This document shows positions 1 to 14,281 of a stretch of 64,000 nucleotides of DNA, piece after piece. Positions within the stretch are counted from its first letter, which is position 1. Each line of letters starts with the position of its first letter. Under the pieces are notes generated by a model. That model saw nothing but the letters and a program-made list of their open reading frames with translations, did not search any database and was not told where the DNA came from. Origin of the DNA: Mycoplasmatales bacterium (GTDB taxonomy: Bacteria > Bacillota_I > Bacilli_A > CBDATW01); assembly GCA_965226165.1 (NCBI GenBank), contig OZ245334.1:629947-693946 (forward strand). Direction: 5' to 3'. Made by a program: the position numbers and the translations under genes.

Positions 1-748
1 CAAAATATTTTTCCATACCTTTAGTAAAAGCTAATTGCAACTCTGTATTAACATTAATTTTTGCAACTCCTAAAGATATAGCTTTTTTAACTTGCTCATC
101 AGGAATTCCTGAACCACCATGTAAAACAAAAGGCATTTGATTATTAGTTGCTTTTTGTAATTTTTCTAAAACTTCAAAATTTAATGACTTTCAACCTTTA
201 GGATAAGGGCCATGAATATTTCCAATTCCAGCCGCAAGAAAATCAACCCCAATTTTTGCCATTTCTTTGCATTCTTCAGGGTCTGCTAGTTCGCCTGCAT
301 CACCAACAATGCCATCTTCTTCACCACCAATTGCTCCAACTTCACACTCTACTGAAATATTTAATTTTTTAGCTTCATTTACTCAATGTTTGCTTCTTTC
401 TAGGTTTTTAGTAAATGATAAATGTGAGCCATCAAACATAATTGAAGTAAAATTATTATCAATTCCTTCTTGGCACTCTTGGTCATGACCATGATCAATA
501 TGCAAAGCAACAGGAATTGAGATGTTTAAATCTTTTACTAATCCTGAAACCATTTTTGATACTGCTAAAAATCCTCCCATATATTTAGATGCTCCACCTG
601 ATACTCCTAAAATTACTGGTGATTTTTGTTCTTGGCAAGTTTCTAGAATAACTTTTGTTCATTCTAAATTGTTAATATTGAATTGAGGCACAGCATATTT
701 GTTAGCATGTGCTTTTTTGACCATTTCCTTGGCGTTAACTAAAGGCAT
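1..748 (-). CDS. fba: fructose-bisphosphate aldolase class II (3' end beyond window)
   Basis: Minus-strand ATG at 748 gives MPLVNAKEMVKKAHANKYAVPQFNINNLEW... Track ORF 383..580 (HIDHGHD metal site) is in the same frame when TGA=Trp. Confidence 0.85.
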
Positions 749-777
749 TTTTGCTCCTTTTAAAATTTATTTTAGTT

Positions 778-1059
778 CTATTTTTTTTCATTTTGCTTAT
801 TTTCAATTAAAATATCAAATTGTATATCTTTATATCTTCTACTAGCATTACTTCATTTAATTGCATAAACAATTCAAGTAACTAAGACAATTGGTGTTAT
901 AAAATCAACAACATCTATAACATAATACCCTGATTGAAACCTATATGTGTTGTATATAAAGCAGAAAAATCAAGCAATAAAGAAACCTCAAAACATTCCT
1001 TTACAATACCTAATTCTTGCTCGAATTTTTTCTAATTTTATTTTTATATATTCATCCAT
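778..1059 (-). CDS. hypothetical small membrane protein (93 aa)
   Basis: Hand translation (TGA=W): MDEYIKIKLEKIRARIRYCKGMFWGFFIAWFFCFIY... It has hydrophobic stretches. No family recognised. Confidence 0.35.
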
Positions 1060-1160
1060 TTTTTAAAAATTAAGCTTTTTTAATTTTATATTTTTTGCAT
1101 TTTTTAAACCAATTAGGTCATTAATGCTATATTTAAAATACTAAAAAATTATATCATATT

Positions 1161-2786
1161 TTATACTTTGACATTATCTCTTTTTGCAATTGCTGCTTTA
1201 ATTAAACCAAAAAATAATGGTGCTGGTCTAGTAAAGTTAGATAAGAATTCAGGATGGAATTGGCACCCCATAAAGAAGGGGTGGTTTTTCATTTCAATAA
1301 TTTCAATTAGGGTAAATTCAAAGGAATTAGAAACTCCTGAATAAACAATATCAGAATTTTGGAAATACTCATCATAAGTTTTAGTAGTGAATTCATATTT
1401 ATGACGATGTCTTTCATGAATTAAATCTTTTTTATATAAATCATAGGCCTTAGTCTTTTTACTAATATTACAAGAATTTTTTCCAAGTCTTAAAATCCCT
1501 GCTTTTGTTTCAATTGTTTTTGAAGAAATAATATCAATAATTGGGTATTTGGTTTCAGGATTAATTTCCGTAGTATGAGCCCCTTTTAAATTTAAAACAT
1601 TTCTGGCATATTCAATTAAACTAAGTTGCATTCCATAACATATCCCTAAAAGGGGGATCTTGTTTTCTCTAGCATATTGGATTGCTAAAATTTTTCCATC
1701 AACCCCAGTTGTTCCAAAACCGCCTGGAATTAAAATAGCATCAAAATTTTTAAGTTTGTTTTTATAATTTTGTTTTGTTAATTCTTTTGAATAAATTAAG
1801 TGATAATTTAAATTGGTTCCTAATTTATAACAAGCTGATTTTAAGGCTTCAATAACTGATAAATAAGCATCTTTAAAATTATATTTACCAGCAATAACAA
1901 CTTTGACCTCACCTTTTAAATTTTTAACTTCATTAATTAAATTATTTCATTTTGTTTTATTTGGTTTATCATTTACTAAATTTAAACCTTTGCAAATTAT
2001 TTCATCAATATTTTGTTTATAAAAATCATTAACTAGTTCAAAAATAATTTCTTGATCTTTGGCTTCAATAACACGCTCTTTTTTAACATTGGTAAAAAGG
2101 GCAATCTTTTCTTTAACATCATTTGGAATTTCATCTTTTGAACGAGCAATGATAATATCTGGTTGAATCCCCATTCCATTTAAAACTGAAACTGAATTTT
2201 GGGTTGGTTTAGTTTTGTATTCTTTTGAACTTTCTAAAAAGGGAAGATATGTACATTGAATAAATAAAACACTATTAGGATCTAGTTCATTTTTGATTTG
2301 TCTAATAGCTTCATAAAAAGGTTGTGATTCAATATCGCCAACAACTCCCCCAATTTCCACAATACTAACATCAACATTTGATTCATCAAAAAGACTATAA
2401 ATCTTGCTTTTAATTTCATCAATAATGTGGGGCACCACCTGGATTGTACTCCCCTGATATCTACCATTACGTTCTTTTTCAATAACACTACGATAAATTC
2501 TTCCTGTTGTAATTGAAGATTTATTACTTAATTCTTGTTCAGTATATCTTTCATAATGCCCTAAATCTAAATCGCTTTCATAACCATCATTAGTTACAAA
2601 AACTTCTCCATGTTCTTTAGGATTAATTAAACCAGCATCAACATTAATATAAGGATCTAGTTTTTGCATTGTTACTTTTAAGTTTTTTTGCTTAATAATT
2701 CTAGCAATACTTGAGCCACTAATTCCTTTGCCAACTCCAGAAATTACCCCTCCAGTAATAAATATAAATTTTCTTTTTTTTATCAT
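1161..2786 (-). CDS. pyrG: CTP synthase
   Basis: Track ORFs 1947..2786 (synthetase domain, GGVISGVGKG) and 1161..1631 (amidotransferase, GCQFHPEF) share one frame. The span is 1626 nt, joined through TGA codons. Confidence 0.9.
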
Positions 2787-2819
2787 TAATTAACACTCCT
2801 TAAAAAATAGTTATGACAA

Positions 2820-3083
2820 TTATTTTTTATCTTCAACATAAATTTTGTTAGTTGCTAGCATCACTTCACTATGTTTGTGGTTTGCTCTTAAACTAAAAAC
2901 ATTATTTCCCAAATTAATAAAAAGTTTATTAGTACTAATTTCTAAATAAGCTCTTGATTTATCATTAAAATTTAATTCACCAAATTTTTCTTCGCCCTTA
3001 ATAACTTCTCACAAGTCATCAAAAGCCATTTGCTCTTTTGCTTCTAAATTTTTAATAATAATTTCTAAGATTTCTTTATTCAC
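2820..3083 (-). CDS. rpoE: RNA polymerase delta-subunit-like protein, N-terminal domain only (87 aa, GTG start)
   Basis: Translation: VNKEILEIIIKNLEAKEQMAFDDLWEVIKG...LFINLGNNVFSLRANH. This resembles the RpoE N-terminal fold pattern. It sits directly upstream of pyrG, as in Firmicutes. No acidic tail is present. Confidence 0.45.
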
Positions 3084-3094
3084 TACTCTCTCCT

Positions 3095-4747
3095 TTAGAT
3101 TTCATCCAAAACTTTAATTCCTAACAAACTTAAACCTTCTTCAATAACTTCTTTAACCCTCAAAACAACATATAATCTTGAAAAATAAGATTCATCCTTG
3201 TTTTCTAAAAATCGCACCTGACCATATCAAGTATTAAACATTGAAGCAAGTTTAAACAAATAATTTGCTATGTAATGAGGCTCTGAATTTTCTCATGCCT
3301 TCCTTAATATTTTAACATAATCATAAAGAAAAATGACGATTTCCCTTTCAACCCCTGCTTTAATAATGATATTTTTTTGATCAATTTTATTTTTAACTTT
3401 TTTTAACAAAGAAGTTATTCTTGAATAGGTGTATTGAATATACAAAGAGCTATTACCTTTAAAATTCATTGCTTTTTCCCAAGAAAAAATAATTGAACTA
3501 TTACGCTGGTGCATAAAATCAAAATATTTAATTGCTCCAATAGAAATCACATTAGCAATTTTGTTTTTTGATGCTTCATCAAGATGTGGTTTTTTTTCTT
3601 CAATAATTTTTCTAGCTTTTTTAAAACCTTCATCCAAAAGATCTTCTAAATTAATCACATTACCATCTCTTGTAGAAATTTTTTCATTTTCAAGACTCAT
3701 AATCCCAAAAGCAATAAATTTTAAATCTTGGTTATTTTGATTCATTTTAGCAATCTTAAATAATTGGTGAAAATGATTTTTTTGACGATTGTCCACCACA
3801 TATAAAGCACTATCATTTTTAAATTCTTTTTGACGATACTTAATAGTAGCTAAATCTGAAGTTAAATATAAAAAGCTGGAATCTTGTTTTTGAATAATGG
3901 CTGGAGGCAAATTATCTTTTTCATCAAAAAAGACCACAATTGCTCCATCATCTTTTTTAGCAATTTTTCGTTCAACAAGTTCTTTAACAACACCTGGCAT
4001 CATCTCATTATAAAATGACTCCCCAATTTGGTGATCAAAACCAATTTCTAAACGTTCATAAATTTTTTGATATTCTTGTAAAGAAATTTTTGTAAATTCT
4101 TGTCATATTTTATAAACTCTTGGTTCTTTGCTTTGAATTTTTAAAAGATTTTCTCTTGCTTCTTTTAAAAGTGTTTCATTTTCTTCATTATGAAACTTAA
4201 CATATAGTCTTTGCAATTCTTTTAAGGGGTCTTGTTGGTATTTTTTTTGGTCTAATCATTTTTCATAAGCAACAATTAATTTTCCAAATTGAGTCCCCCA
4301 ATCCCCAATATGAGAATCAGTAACAACCTTTTGCTTAAAGTGTTTATTAATTAAAGCTAGAGAATGACCAATCACGGTTGAGCGTAAATGGCCAATATGC
4401 ATTTTTTTAGCAATGTTAGGACTAGAAAAATCAATAACAACAGTTTTTTTACTTTTTACTTCTATGTCTTTAATTTGTGGTAAAAATTCCCCTAATTTAT
4501 CATCATAAATTTTAATATTAATAAATCCGGGTTTAGTGATTGAAACTTTTTCTACAAAGTCATTTTCTGCTAATTTTTCACTAGCTTGTTTTAACACTTC
4601 TTCAACTTTTAAATTTAAAACTTTAGCATTTTTTAAAGCAAAAGATGTTGAAAAATCAAATTCTTTTAAAGTTGATTTATTTCAAAAAAATTCAATATTT
4701 TGATTATTAAAAATATCCTTGATTAATTGGTTTAAAAATTTATACAT
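3095..4747 (-). CDS. argS: arginyl-tRNA synthetase
   Basis: Track ORFs 3293..4003 and 4256..4597 ([15 protein letters not shown]) are in frame with the ATG at 4747 and the TAA at 3095 (1653 nt). Confidence 0.9.
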
Positions 4748-4765
4748 CCCTTTTCCCCTTTGCTT

Positions 4766-5164
4766 TTAAAATAATGAAATTTTAATCTGATTAACAACAT
4801 TAGCATTAGGTTCTTTACTATCTAACACATCATACTTTATCATAATATTATTTTCTTCTTTTATCAATTCTTGAAGCTTAGTATAGTAACTAAAATCACC
4901 AATAACTGATAAGAATAAATTTTTAGTTATTTTCTTTTTGTCTAAAAAAATGTTTCAATCTTCTCTTTCGATATGAACTTTATTTTTATTATTAAAAAAT
5001 TTAATTCTTACTTTACTTAAAGAATCCTTTTTTGTTGAGCTTTTAATTCTGAAGTTTCAAATATCATTAAGAAAAGAAACTTTAACTTTATCATTGTATA
5101 TATCAATAAAGTTATTAGTTTCTTCATTAAAGTGTTGTATTTTAAAAGTCTTAGTTTTGACCAC
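4766..5164 (-). CDS. hypothetical protein (132 aa, GTG start after AAGGAG)
   Basis: An AAGGAG lies 7 nt upstream of the GTG. Translation: VVKTKTFKIQHFNEETNNFIDIYNDKVKVSF... Two TGA=W codons. No family recognised. Confidence 0.4.
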
Positions 5165-5231
5165 TTTTTTGCTCCTTGCTAAAAATGTATTTAGGGTAAA
5201 TTAGTAAATGTACATTATAACTAACATTTTT

Positions 5232-6368
5232 TCATTTTTGTAAAAAAGATGACTTTTCACAAATTGAACTAATCTCCTTTTTACCATTATTTTCTTTACT
5301 AGCCACCAAGATTTCACCATTAACATCTGGATTATATAAATATTTTTTAATTTTAACTTCTCTTAAAAAGTAACGAGGATCTAGTTTTTTTTCCTTTAGT
5401 TTTTTTAAGATGTCTTTTTTTAAATTATATGAATAATTATATGCTTTAAAAAATTGACGATTTCTAATTCCATATGCTAGTTCCTTAATTATGGGATCAG
5501 AGGTTTCACTTAGATTTTCAATAAACACACCAAAACTTTCATCATCAAATTTAATAAACTCTTTAATGGTGATTTTATTTTCTAAAAGTTTGCCAATTTT
5601 ATTTCAATGCTTTTGATATTGTGCATCATTTTTTAAATCTTTTAATCTTGCAAATAAAAGGGTGTACATTTCTTGATAAATAATTGTCGTGCGATGCAAA
5701 TAAATTGTTTTAAATGATTGAAAACGTGATCATAAAAATGATTCAATAGCTGGAATTGCTGATGATTTAAAAATTAATTTATTTTGATTTAAAATCATTG
5801 ATGAAATAATTTTGTTTTTGTCATGTTTTCCATATTGTGTCCCTGTATGGTGGGCATCACGAAGTAAATAATCCATTCGATCAACATCAACTGTTGATGA
5901 TAGAAGTGAACTTTTTAATGGGTGTTTTTGTGGAGAAAATAAATCAACTATATTTTGGGGATTAAAATTATTTTTAAGCAAAACTTTATTTACTTCAGAA
6001 TTTTTATCCAAAAGAATCTTTTTTCCCATTTCTTCATGATCTAATTTGTGATTAGAAATCACTTCTAAAGAATGGGACAAAGGCCCATGTCCTAAGTCAT
6101 GAAGTAATCCCGCAATAAAGATTTCATTTCATTCCTTTTCACTAAACTTATGGGTTAAGTTTTTTTGCTTTATTTCTGTTAAATTAGCATAAACCCCAAT
6201 TGAATGTTGAAATCTAGTGTGGTTTGCTCCAATAAAAACAAGAGAAGCTCCTCCTAATTGCTTAATTCTTCTTAATCTTTGAAATTCTTTTGTGTCAATT
6301 AATTCTAAAATAAATGGTGGCACATTCACTAATCCCAAAACTTCATCAATAATATTTTTCATTTTCAC
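5232..6368 (-). CDS. HD-domain phosphohydrolase (dNTP triphosphohydrolase-like)
   Basis: Three track ORFs (5232.., 5730.., 6129..) share one frame (1137 nt). Motifs seen: HTRFQHSIGV and DRMDYLLRDAHHTG. Confidence 0.75.
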
Positions 6369-6376
6369 TCCTCTTT

Positions 6377-8759
<2,383 letters not shown>

Positions 8760-8795
8760 ATTAATTTCCTATAATCATTATTATTTTATCATATA

Positions 8796-9626
8796 TTAAT
8801 AATTATTTTTTAATGTTTTGCATTCAAAAATTTTGACATTAAATTGCTTTTTTAAAAGATTTTTTTCTTTTCTTGAAAAACTATTAAGCATAAAGTAACT
8901 TGGGCCTTTCCCAGTTAAAAAAACTTGTTTATTAAATTTGCTTTTAACAAATTCTTTTAATTTCAATCAATTATTATTGGTTTCATTTATGTTATTAAAA
9001 TCATTATGTAAAAATTTAGTGTTTTTGCTTTTGATAAAGTTTTTACAATAATTGATTTTTTGTTTTACTTTTTTATAGTTATTTAAAAGTTGATATCTTT
9101 TTTTAGTTATAAATTTAAAATCAAAAATAATTATTGATAAGGGGTAATCAACATCAAAATTTAAAGGTGTGATTAAATTTCCTTTGCCTTCAACTAACAT
9201 TAAATTAGCATCATTTAAAAAAATATTAATATCACTACTAATATTTAAAAGCATTTTTAAAATCATATTGTCTAGTTTTAATTGATACTTTTTTATAAAC
9301 CATTTAATAACAAAAGCAGCATTAGATGAGCCCCCACCAAACCCTGCTCCAAGGGGAATATTTTTAGTTATTTTAATAATAAAAAAATCATCAATTTTAA
9401 AATAACTTTTTAAAGCATCCAAAACTTGAATCATTAAGTTGTTTTCATCTAAAGGAATTTGAAGTCCTTTAACTTTTATTAAATGCATTTTTAAATTATG
9501 GGTTTTAACATCAATTTCATCATATCAATTAATTTTGCTAACAATTGATCTAATATTGTGATAATTATCACTTCTTTTGTTTAAAACTTCTAATATTAAA
9601 TTAATCTTTGCATATGATTTGTTCAT
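8796..9626 (-). CDS. ispE: GHMP kinase, IspE (CDP-ME kinase) homolog
   Basis: Track ORF 8967..9488 (PLGAGFGGGSSNAA) extends through TGA codons on both sides. The N-terminus is MNKSYAKINLILEVLNKRSDNYHNI. It overlaps the rsmA 3' end by 26 nt. Confidence 0.75.
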
Positions 9627-10437
9627 AAATAGCCTCATAATCTTTTAAAGTTAAATTTTGGGGTCTTAAATTAGGTTTAATTTTTACTTTTTCAAATATT
9701 ATTAAAGCTTGGTTTTTATCATCTAAATATGTTGCTAAATTATTTAAGATTGTTTTTCTTCGATTTAGGAAAAGCTTTTTAATAAAGGCAAATAATTTTT
9801 CTTTTGCCTTAAAGTTGGTGTTTTTCAATTTTAATTCAATAACACTACTTGTTACTTTAGGCCTTGGTATAAAACATTTATTACTAACATCAAAACAAAC
9901 TTTTATATCTGCTAAATAATTAATCATAATAGTAAAGGTGTTATATTTTTTTTCATTAACCTTAGCCATTAGTCTTATTGCCATTTCCTTTTGCACCATT
10001 AAAATAATTTTTTTAAACTTTATATTAGCTTGTAGAATTTTTAAAATAATTAAACTTGAAACTGAATATGGTAAATTAGCCACAATTTTTAATGAGGGGT
10101 ACTCTTGGTTTAGAGTTTTCAAGTCTACTTTTAAAAAATCTTGATTAATAACTTTTAAATTTTGGTAATTTTTAGTTTCTTGTTTTAAGATATTGCAAAC
10201 TTTTTTATCAAGTTCAAAAGCAATTACTTTGTTGCTATTTATAACTAAATCTTGGGTTAGTGACCCTAATCCTGGACCAATTTCAATAATGGTATCTTTT
10301 TGTGTAATATCGCTTACTTCAATAATTTTATTAACAATGTTTTGGTCAATTAAAAAATTTTGACCCTTGTTTTTATTTAAAAAAATATTATTAGCTTTAA
10401 TTAAAAAGTTAATTTTTGAATGCAAAGTCTTATCCAT
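9601..10437 (-). CDS. rsmA: 16S rRNA (adenine1518/1519-N6)-dimethyltransferase
   Basis: Intact 278-aa ORF with GQNFLID, EIGPGLGSLT and NLPYS motifs. Confidence 0.9.
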   Translation of the reverse strand: MDKTLHSKINFLIKANNIFLNKNKGQNFLIDQNIVNKIIEVSDITQKDTIIEIGPGLGSLTQDLVINSNKVIAFELDKKVCNILKQETKNYQNLKVINQDFLKVDLKTLNQEYPSLKIVANLPYSVSSLIILKILQANIKFKKIILMVQKEMAIRLMAKVNEKKYNTFTIMINYLADIKVCFDVSNKCFIPRPKVTSSVIELKLKNTNFKAKEKLFAFIKKLFLNRRKTILNNLATYLDDKNQALIIFEKVKIKPNLRPQNLTLKDYEAIYEQIICKD

Positions 10438-10538
10438 ATTAGTATTGTCATTTTATCATAAAAAGTTTAAAAAGTAGTTGCATAAAAATAAAAAATATGT
10501 ATTATACTTTGAAACAAAAAACTAGTCCGGAGTGTATC

Positions 10539-11516
10539 ATGAACAAAATTAAAAGTGGGGTTATTGCTGTTTCCACATTTTCTTCAATATTTGGAGCATT
10601 AACAATTTTTAATAATCCTAATCAAGACCTAAACCAAAAAGGTCAAAAGCAAGAAGTAGAAAAACAACTAGAAGAAAATACTTTTACTAATAATAGAGGT
10701 TCTTCTTCAAGTTATTCTTCATCTTCACAAAGTGCTGCCCCAAGATCAGATGTTATTAACCCAGTTGATCCTGATGGCCTAAAAGCATCATTTGGTTTAA
10801 AAATGCTAGATGCTTTTAAAACCTTGGGAGAGCAAAAATGAAAGCAAACTTATGTCCAACCAATTTTTATTAGAAAAAATGATCAAAGAATTGACTTTGT
10901 TATTCAAAGATTAAAAAATGTTGGTGGATTTAAAATTGCTAAGCAACTAAAAGGTGAGGAAATTAAATTATTTTATCATCAACTTTTACCAATATTGCGC
11001 GGAAAATATTTAGCTGCTGATTTTAAATATCTTGGAAAAGATGAATGAATTAAAAGATATGTTGCTTCTAGTGAGCATGAAAATAACTTTTTAAATTCAA
11101 AACTAGATGAATCGCTAGAAGACATCCAAAAAGATGTTTTAAGTGCATGACAAGGCATTAAGTGAGAACTATGAATCAAAGAGTTTTATAAGCGTGAATT
11201 GCTATGAAAGATTGAAAATGAAACTCTAGAAGATGCTAAAGCATTTATTAATTATTTACATCCCTTCAATCCAGTAAATATGTGATTAAGATGAAAGAAA
11301 AATTATTATCTAAATGATGCGATTAGAGTTTGAAGTGAATCTTATCTTTATGGATCTTATGATCAAAAACAAATTAATGAGTGATTAAATAAAATTGCTA
11401 GCCAATCATTAAATAAAGATAAACAAATTGCTTATATTAAAATGCATAATTTCTTAGCTAAAAGAAAATGAAATAAATATAAACTTTATGGTGGTCTAGC
11501 TGATCATGTCAAATAA
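10539..11516 (+). CDS. Trp-rich secreted/membrane-anchored hypothetical protein (paralog A)
   Basis: GGAG lies 9 nt upstream of the ATG. The N-terminal hydrophobic segment is MNKIKSGVIAVSTFSSIFGALTIF. Hand translation is continuous through 13 in-frame TGA codons to the TAA at 11514. Confidence 0.6.
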
Positions 11517-11600
11517 ATAATTGCCACAAAACCCTTTAAATTTTAAATTATTTAGTATAATATAATATATTCAAAAAAGTTTGATTTGGATTAAAAGAGT

Positions 11601-12620
11601 ATGAAAAAAATATTATGACAAGCTCCTCTAGCTTTAATTGTAGGTATTTCTATTGGTAGTGCTTATCGTCAGCATAATGAATATTTAGAGATTCAACCTA
11701 ACAAAAGTGAAATTCAAGTAAAAGAAAAATCTTTTAATATTTATAGCGATGGTTATGCCAAATTAAAAATGCTTGCAAAGCAAAATTCATTCACCGTTAC
11801 TAATAATGATGACTTTTGAAAAATCTTATTAGTTGACTTTAAAAATATGGTGGAGAAACCCTGAAGATCTAAATTAAAAAAACAAAATTTAAAACCTAAT
11901 GATTATGAAGCATTAGAACTTTTAAAACAAGAACAATTAAAATATAGTCAAAAATATATTAAAAAAGAATTTTATGAAGCAAGGGATTGAAGAAGAGTCA
12001 TTTGACCTTTTGCTAATATTGTTGAAGATGATGCCAATCTTTATGAATATAAAAATGAAGTTCAAGGTTTTTATCAAACTATTTTCAGGTTTTTAAAACC
12101 TGAAATTATTATTGATGAATACAAAAGAGTTGGTAAAAAAAGATTTATTAAAGAATTTTTTGAATACACTTTTCATTCTAATGAAACCTTACATAAACAT
12201 TTAAATGAAATTTCCCAAGACCTATACCGAGGATATAACATTTTAAAAATTCAGGAAAAATATGAAATGTTTAATGAAACATTCCTGCAAAATAAATGAT
12301 ATAATAGTCCAACTTATATGATGAAACGCTTTCAATTTAGCATCCCAATTGAACACTTAAGAAACCTTGATCACACTAGAGCTTTTAATTTATTAGTTAA
12401 ACTAGTGGGGATTAATAAAGCTAAAGAAGAATGAAAAATAATTTATATTAAACATAATTATAGACAATATATGAGTGATTATAAACTTAATGAATGATTA
12501 AATAAATTATATGCTGAGCGAGATTTAGCTAAACAAGATTTAATTATGAAAGAATTCTTTATCAAACTTAATTATTATAATATAAGTTACTTTAAATATA
12601 GTGGTGGATATGCCTTATAA
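11601..12620 (+). CDS. Trp-rich secreted/membrane-anchored hypothetical protein (paralog B)
   Basis: Starts MKKILWQAPLALIVGISIGSAY... and is continuous through many TGA=W codons. It shares a NEWLNK.. C-terminal motif and a ...GG.. end with paralog A. Confidence 0.6.
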
Positions 12621-12674
12621 AAATAATGTTATAATTTAATAAAAAAGTATATTAAACAAAATAAGGGATATAAG

Positions 12675-12923
12675 ATGGATAAAGATAAGCAGTTATATGA
12701 ATTGATGAATAAAGACAATGAAAGACTTTATAAAGCATTTAAAAAACAAACAAGGTTGTTTTTTACTTGAATTGGAATATCAATTTCAATGCCTTTTTTA
12801 GTTCATTTTAGTCTTGGGGGAATTTGAACTTGAATTGTGGCGATTTTATCAGTTTTTGTTGCTGCAATGTTAACCAGAATTTATTATGTAGTTAAAAAAT
12901 ATGAAAAGTTGAAAAATAGTTAA
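12675..12923 (+). CDS. hypothetical small membrane protein (82 aa)
   Basis: Translation: MDKDKQLYELMNKDNERLYKAFKKQTRLFFTWIGISISMPFLVHFSLGGIWTWIVAILSVFVAAML... Two hydrophobic helices. Confidence 0.3.
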
Positions 12924-12936
12924 TAAGGAATAAAAT

Positions 12937-13098
12937 ATGAATGATGATAATAAAAAAAGAATAGATCAACTTAAAAAAAGAATTGATGAATTCGAGCAAA
13001 AACAAAAATTAATGGTTGAGGTTGTTGAAGAACTTGTGCTTAGGGGGCTTATCAAGGAGGAATTTTCTTTAGGTCTGAAAGAACTGATGAACAATTAA
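12937..13098 (+). CDS. hypothetical small coiled-coil protein (53 aa)
   Basis: An AAGGAA lies upstream. Translation: MNDDNKKRIDQLKKRIDEFEQKQKLMVEVVEELVLRGL... Weak call. Confidence 0.2.
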   Translation: MNDDNKKRIDQLKKRIDEFEQKQKLMVEVVEELVLRGLIKEEFSLGLKELMNN

Positions 13099-13264
13099 AT
13101 TCTATTTTAAAGAAACTAAAAAAATTATAGCTAAGTTTTTTATAATAGTTTTTGATAATATTTTTTTTATAGTTAAATATAAATTAATTTTAAAATTATA
13201 AGGTTTGTTTTTATGAGTGCATTAAATTAATTTAAAAATTTTTAATTTTATACTTAGTAATTTT

Positions 13265-14281
13265 TTATTTTAGTATTCATGAATAATTTATATTTTTTAT
13301 AAATCTTTCCATAAAATTAAAATCAATCTTATTGTTTTTTATAGGTAATTTAATTTTTGCTTGTTTTAGCCTATCTAAACTAATCTTTCTTCCATAACTA
13401 TATTTATTTTTTTCTAGCTCAAGCAATAATTTAAAAAATATTCCTATGAATATATTCAATTTGAAATCTTTTGGTTTTAAAACTTGGATATCTGCAGATG
13501 CAAGAAAATCATTGTTTTGAAAAAAAACTACACCTACTTTTCCGTTTCTTGTAATTGTTAATTTGTTTCCTTTTATAATATTTGTTTTTATTGATGTAGA
13601 AAAAGTTACACCATTATTAAATTCACTAGCAGAAATAAAAGGTGTTGAACCGGGAAAATCTTCAATTTCTTTTATTAAAAATGGTTTGTGTTTTTCAAAA
13701 ATAAATAGGTCTAAAATGCTAAATCATTTCCAATCTTTTGTGTTTAAATTTAATGGTTGTCTTTTAAATTTTTGTTTTTCTTTGTTGATGAAATTTAAAA
13801 TATATGAATATTTTAAGTTCTTTATAAATTCTTCCATAAAATTAAAGTTGATTTGATTATTCTTTACAGGCAATTTAATTTTTGTTTTTTTAATGTTCTT
13901 TAAATTAAATGCTCTATTATAACTATATTTTATTTTTTCTAAATCAATAATCATTTTGAAAAAAAGGCCTCTCCATAAATTAATGTGCAAAAATTTTTTA
14001 GGAATGAGTTTTGTGATATTGTTGCCAGTTATGTAATCTTTTGTTTGAAAAAAACAAGTTGCATTCTCGCCACCAATTGTTAACGTGTTTTTTTTGTTTA
14101 TAAAACTGTTTGGATAATTTGTTGATGTTTTTATGACACACCCATCATTATAATTTGATCTAGTAATGTAATTTAATTCTTTTCCAGGCTCAACATTACT
14201 TGCTTTGACATTTTTTGTTGTTTTAATATCAAACAAATCATTTAAATTAAATCATTTTCATTTACTTGTCTCTATTTTCAT
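13265..14281 (-). CDS. restriction-modification specificity subunit with two target-recognition domains (BcgIB/HsdS-like, 338 aa)
   Basis: Track ORFs 13724..14236 and 13277..13459 share a frame and are joined by hand translation. Each TRD is followed by the conserved block ..FFK..LE..KYSY.R......K.KLP.KNN.I.FNFME.FIKN..YS. Confidence 0.8.
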
